DNA of 38,356 bases from Actinomycetota bacterium (GTDB lineage Bacteria; Actinomycetota; CADDZG01; JAHWKV01; JAOPZY01). Shown piece after piece: positions 19,113 through 27,996 of the stretch (position 1 is its first letter; each line of letters begins with the position of its first letter). The position numbers and the translations under genes were made by a program. The stretch is from the NCBI GenBank assembly GCA_025963875.1, contig JAOPZY010000213.1, forward strand, positions 1-38,356. The letters are read 5' to 3'. A model generated the notes under the pieces. It saw only the letters and a list, made by a program, of their open reading frames with translations. It had not been told where the DNA came from and made no database searches.

Positions 19113-20543
19113 GTGAACGATGCTGCAAGATCCATGAGCGGACCACCTGCCAGCCAGGGCGAATGGCCCATTCCTGCGGTCGCGCTCGACCTTGCCGGGG
19201 CCTTCAAAGCCGCCGGCTGGCCGCTGTACCTGGTCGGCGGGTGGGTGCGCGACGCCCTGCTCGGCACGGTGCCGCCCGACCTTGACTTCGCCACGCCGGC
19301 GCCGCCGGACCAAACGCTGCAGATCATGCAGGCCTGGGCGAAGAAGGGGAAGGTGTGGACCACCGGCATCGAGTTCGGCACGGTGGCGGCCCAGCGGGGG
19401 GACACCCGGGTGGAGGTCACCACATTTCGAAGCGAGCGCTACGAACCGGGCTCCCGCAACCCTACCGTCGCCTTCGCCACCGACCTCGAGACCGACCTGT
19501 CCCGGCGGGACTTCACCGTCAACGCCATGGCGATCGAGCTGCCGGACGTCCGCCTGATCGACCCCTTCGGCGGCCTCGACGACCTCGCCCAGGGACGCCT
19601 CCGGACGCCCCTCTCCCCTGAAGTAGCCTTCGGCGACGACCCGCTGCGGATGCTGCGCGCCCTTCGCTTCGCCTCGACGCTCGACTTCGCCATCGATCCC
19701 GGCGTGGTCACCGCCATCCGGGAGCTGCACGGGGGCCTGGCGATCATCTCGGCGGAGCGGATCCGTGAGGAGTTCTCCAAGCTGTTGCTCGGCAGGTCGC
19801 CATCTGCGGCGCTGGCGCTCGCCACCGAGGTCGGACTGGCGGGCGAGTTCATCCCCGAGCTGCCGTTGCTGCGGCTGGAGCAGGACCCGATCCACCGGCA
19901 CAAGGATGTCTTCGCCCACACGCTCGCCGTCCTCGACAACGCCATCGCCCTGGAGCCGGAGGGACCCGACCTGGTCCTGCGCCTCGCTGCCCTCTTCCAC
20001 GACGTCGGCAAGCCGAAGACGAGGGAGTTCACCTCCGAAGGCGTGACGTTCCACCACCACGAGGTCGTGGGGGCCGAGATGACGGAGGCCCGCCTCAGGG
20101 CGCTGCGGTACCCCTCCCACACCATTGCCGAGGTCCGCCAGCTCGTGTACCTCCACCTCCGCCTGCACAGCTACCGCCTGGGCTGGACGGACAAGGCGGT
20201 CCGCCGCTACGTCCGGGACGCCGGGGAGCTCCTCGGCAGGCTCAACACGCTCGTGCGGTCCGACTGCACCACCCGCAACCCCCGCAAGGCTGCGCAGCTC
20301 TCGGGCCGCATCGACGAGCTCGAAGCCCGCATCGACGAGCTTGCCGCCCAGGAGGAGCTCATGGCCCTGCGCCCGGCGCTGAACGGCAACCAGGTCATGG
20401 AGCACCTGGGGATCGGGCCGGGCCGGGACGTGGGCCGGGCCCTCGACCACCTGATGGAAATCCGCCTCGACGAGGGCGAGATCGGGGAGTCGGAGGCGTT
20501 TGCCCGCCTCGACCAGTGGTGGGCCGAGCGCCAGAACCCGTGA
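19113..20543 (+). CDS. pcnA: CCA tRNA nucleotidyltransferase with HD domain
   Basis: LVGGWVRDALLG, DLDF, RRDFTVNAMA, DDPLRMLRALRF, LFHDVGK, DCTTRN. Confidence 0.93.
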   Translation: MNDAARSMSGPPASQGEWPIPAVALDLAGAFKAAGWPLYLVGGWVRDALLGTVPPDLDFATPAPPDQTLQIMQAWAKKGKVWTTGIEFGTVAAQRGDTRVEVTTFRSERYEPGSRNPTVAFATDLETDLSRRDFTVNAMAIELPDVRLIDPFGGLDDLAQGRLRTPLSPEVAFGDDPLRMLRALRFASTLDFAIDPGVVTAIRELHGGLAIISAERIREEFSKLLLGRSPSAALALATEVGLAGEFIPELPLLRLEQDPIHRHKDVFAHTLAVLDNAIALEPEGPDLVLRLAALFHDVGKPKTREFTSEGVTFHHHEVVGAEMTEARLRALRYPSHTIAEVRQLVYLHLRLHSYRLGWTDKAVRRYVRDAGELLGRLNTLVRSDCTTRNPRKAAQLSGRIDELEARIDELAAQEELMALRPALNGNQVMEHLGIGPGRDVGRALDHLMEIRLDEGEIGESEAFARLDQWWAERQNP

Positions 20544-21286
20544 CGGAGATCCCCCCCGCACCCGACGACTGGTGGGTCCCCCTCGCCCGCCACCTGGGCG
20601 ACGCCTACCTGCAGTACGCCTTCACGATGGGCACGGAGCAGGAGGTCGAGTTCATCGCCGAGACGCTGGGGGCGACCGCCGGGGAGCGCCTGCTCGATGT
20701 CGGCTGCGGGCCGGGGCGGCATTCGGTGGCGTTCGCCAAACGCGGTCTGCAGGTGGTGGGCATCGACATCTCGCCCGAGTTCATCGCCATCGCCCACCGC
20801 CACGCCGCCGAGGCGGGGGTGCAACCCTCGTTCTTCCCGATGGACGCCAGGGAGCTGCCCTTCGACGCCGAGTTCGACGTGGTGATCTGCCTCTGCCAGG
20901 GGGCGTTCGGGCTGGGCCTCCCGGATCTGCAGATCCTGCGGAACATCCGCAGATCGATGAAGCCCGGTGGCCGGCTGGCGCTGGGGGCGGCGAACGTGTT
21001 CTACGCCCTCAACCACCTCGAGGGCCTCGGGGGCCCGGTGACGGGCGAGTTCGACCCCGTGAATATGCTCTTCAAGGCGAAGGTCGAGGGCGTGATCGGC
21101 GCCGGCGGGGAGACCGCCGACTTCGAGATCTGGAACTCCTGCTACACCCCCCGGGAGCTGGAGTGGATCGCCAACGGGGCGGGCCTGAACCCCGAGGCGG
21201 TATTCGGGGTGTCCCCCGGCGAGTACGGCCGGGAGGCCCCGACGTTCGAGCACCCCGAGCTGCTCCTCATCGCCCGCATGCCCTGA
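20540..21286 (+). CDS. Class I SAM-dependent methyltransferase
   Basis: LLDVGCGPGRH, VVGIDIS, FDVVICLCQGAFG, MKPGGRL; GTGA overlap with the pcnA stop. Confidence 0.9.
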   Translation: MTEIPPAPDDWWVPLARHLGDAYLQYAFTMGTEQEVEFIAETLGATAGERLLDVGCGPGRHSVAFAKRGLQVVGIDISPEFIAIAHRHAAEAGVQPSFFPMDARELPFDAEFDVVICLCQGAFGLGLPDLQILRNIRRSMKPGGRLALGAANVFYALNHLEGLGGPVTGEFDPVNMLFKAKVEGVIGAGGETADFEIWNSCYTPRELEWIANGAGLNPEAVFGVSPGEYGREAPTFEHPELLLIARMP

Positions 21287-21292
21287 CGCTCA

Positions 21293-21340
21293 GAAGTCCG
21301 GAAGAAATCGCGTGTATGCACGCGATCAATTCCGCACCTC
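21293..21340. repeat. 48-bp palindromic repeat, copy 4 (divergent)
   Basis: GAAGTCCGGAAGAAATCGCGTGTATGCACGCGATCAATTCCGCACCTC: same length, GAAGT...ACCTC ends and TCGCG/CGCGA core; lies between convergent genes. Confidence 0.65.
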
Positions 21341-21347
21341 GTCGAGA

Positions 21348-22742
21348 TCAGTGGTGGAAGCCGGTCCTCGGGGACTCGGCCATCACCTCGGGCTGGCGCT
21401 CCAGGCGCTTGATCGTGCGGCGCAGGTCCTCGATCAGCACCTTGGCGAGGTCCCGGCTCATGTCGTCCCGCACCACGATGCGCAGGACCGCGATGTCCTC
21501 GAGGTTGGGGGGCAGGCGGTAGGCGGGCATGAGCCAGCCCCGGGTGCGGACCGCCTCGGACACGTCGTACACGGTGTACGGCACGCCCTCTTTGATCCGG
21601 AAGGCGAACGCCGGGATGCCGGCGCCCTTGGACACCAGCTCGAAGGGGCCGAGGTCGCCGATCTGCTGCGCCAGCCAGCGGGCGTTGTCGCGGCAGGCGC
21701 TCATCACCCGGCGGTACCCGTCGAAGCCGAGGCGCAGGAAGTTGTAGTACTGGGCAGCGACCTGGGCGCCGGGCCGGGAGAAGTTGAGCGAGAACGTCGG
21801 CATCTCGCCACCGAGGTAGTCCACCTTGAACACCAGCTCCTCGGGCAGGCGACCGGCGTCCCGCCAGACCACCCAGCCGACCCCCGGGTACACCAGGCCG
21901 TACTTGTGCCCCGAGGCGTTGATGGAGGCCACCCGGGGGATCCGGAAGTCCCAGACGAGGTCGGGATCGATGAAGGGCGCGACGAAGCCACCGGAGGCGG
22001 CGTCGACGTGGATGGGGACGTCCGGCCCTCCGCCTGCGGCGAGGGCGTCCAGGGCGTTGGCGATGTCGAGGACCGGCTCGTAGGAGCCGTCGAACGTCGA
22101 TCCCAGGATCGCCACGACGCCGATCGTGTCCTCGTCGCAGTGGGGCACCGCCGCCTCCGCAGTGAGGTGCGTGGCGGGGCCGACCGGCACCAGCCGGGCC
22201 TCGACGTCCCAGTACCGGCAGAACTTCTCCCAGACGACCTGGACGTTGGCCCCCATGACGAGGTTCGGCCGGTCGGTGGGGGCGCCCGCGGCGGCCCGCG
22301 CCCGGCGCCAGTTCCACTTGAGGGCCAGGCCTCCGAGCATGCAGGCCTCGCTGGAGCCCGTTGTGGAGCAGCCGGTGGCCTGCTCGGCCCCCGAGGCGTT
22401 CCAGAGCTCGGCGATGACGTTGACGCAGCGGTTCTCGAGCTCGGCCGTCTGTGGGTACTCGTCCTTGTCGATGATGTTCTTGGGGGCGCACTCCGCAATG
22501 AGCATGTCGGCCTGGCGGTCCATCCAGGTCGTGACGAACGTGGCGAGGTTCAGCCGGGCATTGCCGTCGAGCAGGAGCTCGTCGTGGACCACCTGGTAGG
22601 CGGCGTCGGGGGGGAGGCCCCGGGGGCCGAGGCGGAGGCGGGGCACCTCGGCCACCTCGGCCGGAAGCTGGAACTCGGACTGCGGGCGCATGCCGAGCTT
22701 CGCCTGCCCAGCGGGGCCCGAGACGTGCCGGTGCAGCGCCAT
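21348..22742 (-). CDS. gadB: Glutamate decarboxylase
   Basis: NLATFVTTWM, DKDEYPQT, GSSEACMLGG, HVDAASGG, PLP motif SINASGHKYG, FSLNFSRP. Confidence 0.95.
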   Translation of the reverse strand: MALHRHVSGPAGQAKLGMRPQSEFQLPAEVAEVPRLRLGPRGLPPDAAYQVVHDELLLDGNARLNLATFVTTWMDRQADMLIAECAPKNIIDKDEYPQTAELENRCVNVIAELWNASGAEQATGCSTTGSSEACMLGGLALKWNWRRARAAAGAPTDRPNLVMGANVQVVWEKFCRYWDVEARLVPVGPATHLTAEAAVPHCDEDTIGVVAILGSTFDGSYEPVLDIANALDALAAGGGPDVPIHVDAASGGFVAPFIDPDLVWDFRIPRVASINASGHKYGLVYPGVGWVVWRDAGRLPEELVFKVDYLGGEMPTFSLNFSRPGAQVAAQYYNFLRLGFDGYRRVMSACRDNARWLAQQIGDLGPFELVSKGAGIPAFAFRIKEGVPYTVYDVSEAVRTRGWLMPAYRLPPNLEDIAVLRIVVRDDMSRDLAKVLIEDLRRTIKRLERQPEVMAESPRTGFHH

Positions 22743-22834
22743 GGGTGCCCTCCTTCGATCGTCAGCGTTTTGTCGTCGCCACCGCCCGCCGGCAGGCTAC
22801 CCCACCGCTGGCCGGGCCGGCTCGCGCCGCCGGG

Positions 22835-23020
22835 TCAGGTGCGGCGTCTGCGGGAGCGGGAGAGTGCGACGAGCCCGCCGGCCACGCAGACCCCGCCAAT
22901 GACGGCCCAGAAGCCCTGGCCGTCCATGAAGGATCCCGTCGTGACGAGGCCGAGGCCCTGGATGAGCCAGACCCCGCCGATGAGGACGAGGACCACACCG
23001 ACAACCCGCAGAAGGAGCAG
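22835..23020 (-). CDS. Small two-TM membrane protein (not in ORF track)
   Basis: Frame reads LLLLRVVGVVLVLIGGVWLIQGLGLVTTGSFMDGQGFWAVIGGVCVAGGLVALSRSRRRRT*. Start is CTG 23020 or GTG 22996. Confidence 0.65.
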   Translation of the reverse strand: MLLLRVVGVVLVLIGGVWLIQGLGLVTTGSFMDGQGFWAVIGGVCVAGGLVALSRSRRRRT

Positions 23021-23029
23021 CGACGCAGC

Positions 23030-23407
23030 TCAGGAGGGCCGAGGCGGGATGTACTGCACGGCCCAGGAGTTGCCATCGGGGTCGCTGAAGTAGACGAACG
23101 AGCCCCAGGGCTGCACGTCGACCTCACTCACGTCCATGCCGCGCCCAGCGAGCTCCGCTCGTGCGGCATCGATGTCGCTGACCACCAGCTGCAGCCCCTT
23201 CACGGAGCCGGGCGCCATCTCGTCGGTGATCCCGACGCCCATGGCGATCGAGCATTCCGACCCGGGAGGGGTGAGCTGGACGAACCGCAGGCCCTCGCGC
23301 ACCGTGACGTCCACGTCGAGATGGAACCCAGCCTTCTCGGTGTAGAACGAGATCGCCCGCTCGACATCGGAGACCGGGACAGGCACGAGCTGCAGTTCGA
23401 AGTTCAC
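23030..23407 (-). CDS. VOC/glyoxalase family protein
   Basis: [54 protein letters not shown] start overlaps the ino1 stop. Confidence 0.9.
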   Translation of the reverse strand: MNFELQLVPVPVSDVERAISFYTEKAGFHLDVDVTVREGLRFVQLTPPGSECSIAMGVGITDEMAPGSVKGLQLVVSDIDAARAELAGRGMDVSEVDVQPWGSFVYFSDPDGNSWAVQYIPPRPS

Positions 23408-24528
23408 CGGATCTCGTCGAGCTGGAGGGTCAGATCGCCGTCGACCGCGGGCAGGCCGACCGAGCGGATGTACTCCTCGACCATCTGGCGGGCCACGTCG
23501 TCGGAGTACTGCACCGGCGGCGACTTCATGAAGTAGGCCGACGGCCCCAGGAGTGCCCCACCGACGCCCGCATCGAGCGCCAGGCGCATGCAGCGGACGG
23601 CGTCGATGACCACACCCGCGGAGTTGGGCGAATCCCAGACCTCGAGCTTCAGGTCGACGTTGATCGGCACGTTGCCGAACTCCCGGCCCTCGATGCGGAT
23701 GTGCGCCCACTTGCGGTCCTCGAGCCACGGCACGTGGTCGGAGGGACCGATGTGGATGTCGTCGGCGCTCATGCCACGGCGGAGCTGCGAGGTGACCGAC
23801 TGGGTCTTCGAGATCTTCTTGGAGGTGAGGCGCTCACGCTCCAGCATGTTCATGAAGTCCATGTTGCCGCCGAAGTTGAGCTGGTAGGTGTGGTCGAGGT
23901 GCACGCCGCGGTCCTCGAAGAGCTTGGCGAGGACCCGGTGGATGATCGTGGAACCGACCTGGCTCTTGATGTCGTCGCCGATGAGCGGCGTGCCCCGCTC
24001 GGCGAAGCGGGCAGCCCAGGCGGGGTGCGAGGCAATGAACACGGGCATGCAGTTGACGAAGCCCACGCCTGCCTCGAGGGCCTGCTCGGCGTAGAACTTG
24101 GCGGCCCGCTCGGAGCCGACCGGGAGGTAGTTGACGAGGATCTGCGTCTTGGTGTCCCGCAGGACCTTGGCGACGTCGACTGGGGGCGCCGGCGACTCGA
24201 CGATCTCCTGGCGGTAGTAGCGGCCGAGGCCGTCCAGCGTCGGGCCCCGAGACACGATGACCCCGCTCTCGGGCACTTCGGCGAACTGGATGGTGTTGTT
24301 GTGGCCCGACTGCAGGGCCTTGGACAGGTCGGTGCCCACCTTCTCGGCGTCGACGTCGAAGGCGCAGGTGATGTCGATGTCCGAGACATGGTAGCCACCG
24401 AGGCGCGCGTGCATCAGTCCCGGGATGTCGGAGCCGTCGCCGGCGTCGCGGTAGAACTCCACCCCCTGGACGAGAGCCGAGGCGCAGTTACCAGCTCCCA
24501 CGAGTCCAACCCGGATCCGCTCCATCAT
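23404..24528 (-). CDS. ino1: Inositol-3-phosphate synthase
   Basis: [61 protein letters not shown]. Confidence 0.96.
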   Translation of the reverse strand: MMERIRVGLVGAGNCASALVQGVEFYRDAGDGSDIPGLMHARLGGYHVSDIDITCAFDVDAEKVGTDLSKALQSGHNNTIQFAEVPESGVIVSRGPTLDGLGRYYRQEIVESPAPPVDVAKVLRDTKTQILVNYLPVGSERAAKFYAEQALEAGVGFVNCMPVFIASHPAWAARFAERGTPLIGDDIKSQVGSTIIHRVLAKLFEDRGVHLDHTYQLNFGGNMDFMNMLERERLTSKKISKTQSVTSQLRRGMSADDIHIGPSDHVPWLEDRKWAHIRIEGREFGNVPINVDLKLEVWDSPNSAGVVIDAVRCMRLALDAGVGGALLGPSAYFMKSPPVQYSDDVARQMVEEYIRSVGLPAVDGDLTLQLDEIR

Positions 24529-24541
24529 GATCGTGCTCTCC

Positions 24542-24600
24542 TTCTTATCCGGCCCCTTGGGGGGCCTCTTGTTCTTATCCGGCCCCTTGAGGGGGGCCTC
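24542..24600. repeat. Tandem duplication (about 30-bp period) of a hairpin-forming unit between the PadR gene and ino1
   Basis: TTCTTATCCGGCCCCTTG(G/A)GGGG(GG)CCTC occurs twice; each unit has a GGCCCC/GGGGCC stem. Confidence 0.85.
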
Positions 24601-24611
24601 GGGATGCGCTC

Positions 24612-25151
24612 TTACGGCGTGGTTGGGGCCGGTCCGGCACCGGCCGCTTTCTCTTCTGCGATGAGCCGGTCGACCCATTCGATGTCCCTCGACGTGTTGT
24701 CGAGTCCGTGCTCCATCAGGCGGTAGGTGTAGGCGTCGATGCGCTCGCGGTACGTGCGGAGCTGGCCCCGGATCTCGGCGACCTTGTCGGTGAGATAGGC
24801 CCGGCGGCGCTCCAGCACCTCGACCCGGGCGTCGGGGTTGAGGTACCGGAAGAAGGCGAGCTTGACGCCGAACCGGGCATCGTCGGAGACGGGGGACGGC
24901 TCACGCAGGGCCTCGGTGAACATCTCCTCGCCCTTGGCGGTGATGCGGTAGATGTTCTTGCGCCGCACGACGTCGGCCTTGGGGAAGATCCGCTCGACCG
25001 CCCCCTCGACCTCCAGCCGGCGGATCGTGGGGTAGAGGCTCCCGTAGGAGACCTGCCAGAACTGGCCCAGGGTGGCGGTGAGCTCCTTCTTGAGCTCGTA
25101 GCCGTGCATGGTGCGATCCTTCAACAGGCCCAGCACCGCCATCTCTAGCAA
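24612..25151 (-). CDS. PadR-family transcriptional regulator (Rv0047c-like position)
   Basis: LAVLGLL-type start, [27 protein letters not shown]; directly upstream of ino1. Confidence 0.92.
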   Translation of the reverse strand: MLEMAVLGLLKDRTMHGYELKKELTATLGQFWQVSYGSLYPTIRRLEVEGAVERIFPKADVVRRKNIYRITAKGEEMFTEALREPSPVSDDARFGVKLAFFRYLNPDARVEVLERRRAYLTDKVAEIRGQLRTYRERIDAYTYRLMEHGLDNTSRDIEWVDRLIAEEKAAGAGPAPTTP

Positions 25152-25223
25152 AGACTCGCCTCCGGCAAGGACGTACGTGCAGCACCACGGTAGCTCGGGT
25201 GACTGGTGACTACGTATCAGCCC

Positions 25224-25244
25224 GATATATCGGGCCGATATATC
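25224..25244. promoter_or_regulatory. Perfect 10-1-10 palindrome, likely PadR operator
   Basis: GATATATCGG-G-CCGATATATC in the divergent PadR/DUF5318 promoter; overlaps a second palindrome CCCGATATATCGGG. Confidence 0.7.
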
Positions 25245-25386
25245 TAACCGCGATTATGACGCAGAGGTCAAACACGCGAGGCTTGGAGGACCCACTCACC
25301 CCATAGGTGGAGATCGGGACTTGACCAGCACGTGGGGGGCTCGGCCAAGGCTTGCCGTTGGGCAGCTTCGTTACAATGTTCGAGCC

Positions 25387-25752
25387 GTGCGAGGGATCAC
25401 TGACTACACGCTTGCCAAACGGGCGGTCATTAACGAGTTCCGCAGGGGCGGGCTGACCAGGCTCGACATCTGCGATGCCCAGCCAGAGCTCATGCGGGCT
25501 GCCCGCAACATCGGGCGAGCCCTGAAGCGCACCTGCCCCGTCTGCACGTGCTCGACGCTGCGGGAGGTGCGCTACGTCTTCGGCGACCAGCTCAAAGACC
25601 TGTCGGGCAGGGTGGTCTACCCCGACAACTGGGTGAGCGAGCTGGTGGACTCCTACGACGAATTCCGCTGCTACGTCGTCGAGGTCTGCATCGAGTGCTC
25701 GTGGAACCACCTGGCCGCGTGCTACCTCCTCGGCCGCAGCTTCGCCGGCTGA
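25387..25752 (+). CDS. DUF5318 family protein (Rv0049-like)
   Basis: DYTL.KRA, D.CDA.PEL.RAA, CPVC, YVFGDQL, YVVEVC..C.WNHL. Confidence 0.88.
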   Translation: MRGITDYTLAKRAVINEFRRGGLTRLDICDAQPELMRAARNIGRALKRTCPVCTCSTLREVRYVFGDQLKDLSGRVVYPDNWVSELVDSYDEFRCYVVEVCIECSWNHLAACYLLGRSFAG

Positions 25753-25758
25753 GGCCAG

Positions 25759-26604
25759 ATGCTCTTCGGGGGGGCGCTCGCTGGGCCCGCGCTCGCACTC
25801 CCCATCACCTGCCTCCTCATCGCCGTGGCGGCGCTGGTCGCCCCCGGCGCCGGTCTCGGTAGCCCTGCCGGGAGCCGGCGAGCCGCCATCCGCAACGCCC
25901 TCGGCGGCCTGGCCGTTCCCATGCCCGAGGCACGGACGGCCGTCGCCCTGGTGGCCCTGGGCATCGGCTTCGGGATACCGCTGGCGCTCGGGCTCATGCC
26001 GGGCAACGCCATCGCGCTCGTGGGGGCCTTCGGCGCCTGCACGGCCGGACACTGCCTGCTCGCCGGAGCCACCGGGGCGAGGGGGGACCACGTGGTCGAA
26101 TCCCCGGTTGCTTGGTTCGCCCTGCTCTCCTTCTGCGTGCTCGCCTCGGCCCTCCGCTTCTCCACCCTCGACCTCCGCACGGCGCTGGCAGCCCAGGCTG
26201 CGATCGGGCCGGGTGCCCTCGGCGGCCCGCTGCTGTTCTCGGCGGTCGACGTGCTCGGGGGGCTCGTCGGCCTGATGGCGGGTGCCGCGTGGGTCGAGCA
26301 CCTCCCCCGGCTCGCAGGCTCGCCGCAGGCCGAGGCGCTCGACACCGCGCTGCGGTGGGGGGAATCCGCCCTGGTGGCGGCGGCCGTCACCGCCCAGGTC
26401 TGGGGGCCGTCCGTCGGTGCACTGCTGCACGGGCCATGGCGCGTGCTCGTGGGCCCGGTGGCGGTCTCGACGTTGGTCACGTTGGCGGCCGTTGCCCTCG
26501 TCTCGATCCTCCGGTCGAAGATCGGGGCCTTCCCGGCACGCTCGCTGCTGGGCACGCTCGCCCCGGTGGCCCTGGTCGCCCTGCTCGCCGCCCGGCTCGG
26601 TTGA
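25759..26604 (+). CDS. Multi-pass membrane protein, remote NuoH/HyfC-like
   Basis: About 8 TM helices; 'E.PV...ALL....A.RFSTLDL.....AQ', 'ALRWGES.LV......VWGP' and the C-terminus echo NuoH. Homology judged by eye. Confidence 0.6.
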   Translation: MLFGGALAGPALALPITCLLIAVAALVAPGAGLGSPAGSRRAAIRNALGGLAVPMPEARTAVALVALGIGFGIPLALGLMPGNAIALVGAFGACTAGHCLLAGATGARGDHVVESPVAWFALLSFCVLASALRFSTLDLRTALAAQAAIGPGALGGPLLFSAVDVLGGLVGLMAGAAWVEHLPRLAGSPQAEALDTALRWGESALVAAAVTAQVWGPSVGALLHGPWRVLVGPVAVSTLVTLAAVALVSILRSKIGAFPARSLLGTLAPVALVALLAARLG

Positions 26605-27908
26605 ACGACCTCCCGGCGTCGTGGGCCCCTCTCGGCCCCTACCTGTTCGTGGCCGCCGCGGCGGTGGTCGTGGCCGCCTCGGCGCTGGGTGCCAGGCAAC
26701 GCAAGAGGCAGCCCGCGCCGCCCGTAGCGGGTGAGGAGGCAACCAGGCTGTGGACCGTCACCCCGCCGTGGGAGCCGGCGCTGCGCCGTGCCGGGGCGGC
26801 GACCCGGCGGGTCTCCCGGGATCCGCTGCTCGCCGCCCTCGGCCCCGCAGCCCTCGGCCTCACGGCATTCGGCCTCGCCATCGGCCGCCAGCCCGTCGTC
26901 GTCTTCCTGGGGCTGTTCATGATCCCGACGGTCGCCCTGGCGCCCGGAGTCTTGCGGGGTCGCAGCGCGCCGGCACCGTTCATCTCGTTTGCCGCGTCGG
27001 ACCTCAGCCTGGTGCTGGGGTTGGTGCACCGGCATGCGGCCACGGGGATCTGGACCACTCCGGCACCCGGTCACGTCGGCGCCGGGGCTCTCCTGGTGGC
27101 GTTGGCGGCCGGCCTCCGCCTGGGAGGCGTCGCCGCCGGTCCGGACCTCGCCTCGCTGCCGGCGCCCACGCAGGCCGGCTGGTTCCAAGGCCTCTTCCTC
27201 GCCTGGTGGGCAGGCCCCTCGACGGCGGCCGCCCTGGCCCTCGTCGCGGTGGCCCTGTGGGCCGGAGGCGTCGCTATGGCGCGGGGAGGGCGCCAGGAGT
27301 CGGGGCTCCTGTTCGCGGGGGGCCTGGCGGCGCTGCTCGCCGGGCTGGGGGCCGGGGCGGCGACGCTGACCGCGGTCGGCCTCGCCGGCACCTCCTTCGC
27401 CATGGGGGACCGGGCCATCTCCATGGCGACGCTGGGGCTCGCTCCCCTGTCGGCCCCCGCAGTGGCCGTGGGGATCCTTCCCGCGCTCCGGCCCTGGATC
27501 CCGGCGGCGCTCGGGTTCTTCGTCGTCGCGGTGGCGATCGCCCTCCACCTCCTGCTCGACCTCCCGACCGTCCGGGCACGAGCACGGCTGGTCCCCGCGG
27601 GGGCGGCGGCCACGGTCACGGCGGTGCTGCTGGCCGCGAGGGGTGCGGAGACGGTCGTCTGGGCGGTCTACGGTCTGGGGCTCGCCGGTGTGGTGGCGGC
27701 GCTGGCGGTCAGGCCGGCCAACATGCACTACGGTGGGGAGACGCCAGCCGACACCTGGGGGCCGGACGAGGACGCCGGGCTCGAGCGTCCCGGGCTCGGC
27801 AGCGTGAGGGAAGCGGCGTTGGCGGCACTCGGTGGTGCGCTGCTTGTCGTTGCGCTCCTCATGGTAGGGCAGCTGACGGTCACCGGGTTGCGCACCAACT
27901 TCCTGTAA
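26601..27908 (+). CDS. Multi-pass membrane protein, remote antiporter-subunit (NuoL/M/N, HyfB/F)-like
   Basis: TTG start overlaps the upstream stop; many TM helices; 'AASDLSLVLGL' and 'LAAGLRLGG' echo antiporter TM6/TM7. Homology judged by eye. Confidence 0.55.
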   Translation: MNDLPASWAPLGPYLFVAAAAVVVAASALGARQRKRQPAPPVAGEEATRLWTVTPPWEPALRRAGAATRRVSRDPLLAALGPAALGLTAFGLAIGRQPVVVFLGLFMIPTVALAPGVLRGRSAPAPFISFAASDLSLVLGLVHRHAATGIWTTPAPGHVGAGALLVALAAGLRLGGVAAGPDLASLPAPTQAGWFQGLFLAWWAGPSTAAALALVAVALWAGGVAMARGGRQESGLLFAGGLAALLAGLGAGAATLTAVGLAGTSFAMGDRAISMATLGLAPLSAPAVAVGILPALRPWIPAALGFFVVAVAIALHLLLDLPTVRARARLVPAGAAATVTAVLLAARGAETVVWAVYGLGLAGVVAALAVRPANMHYGGETPADTWGPDEDAGLERPGLGSVREAALAALGGALLVVALLMVGQLTVTGLRTNFL

Positions 27909-27996
27909 ATTTTCGCATGAGTTTTTCGCACAAGCTCCGGTCTCAAGACGTCCTCCACCCAGACGTCCGGAACCGCGGGAGCCAAGGAGCCGGTGC

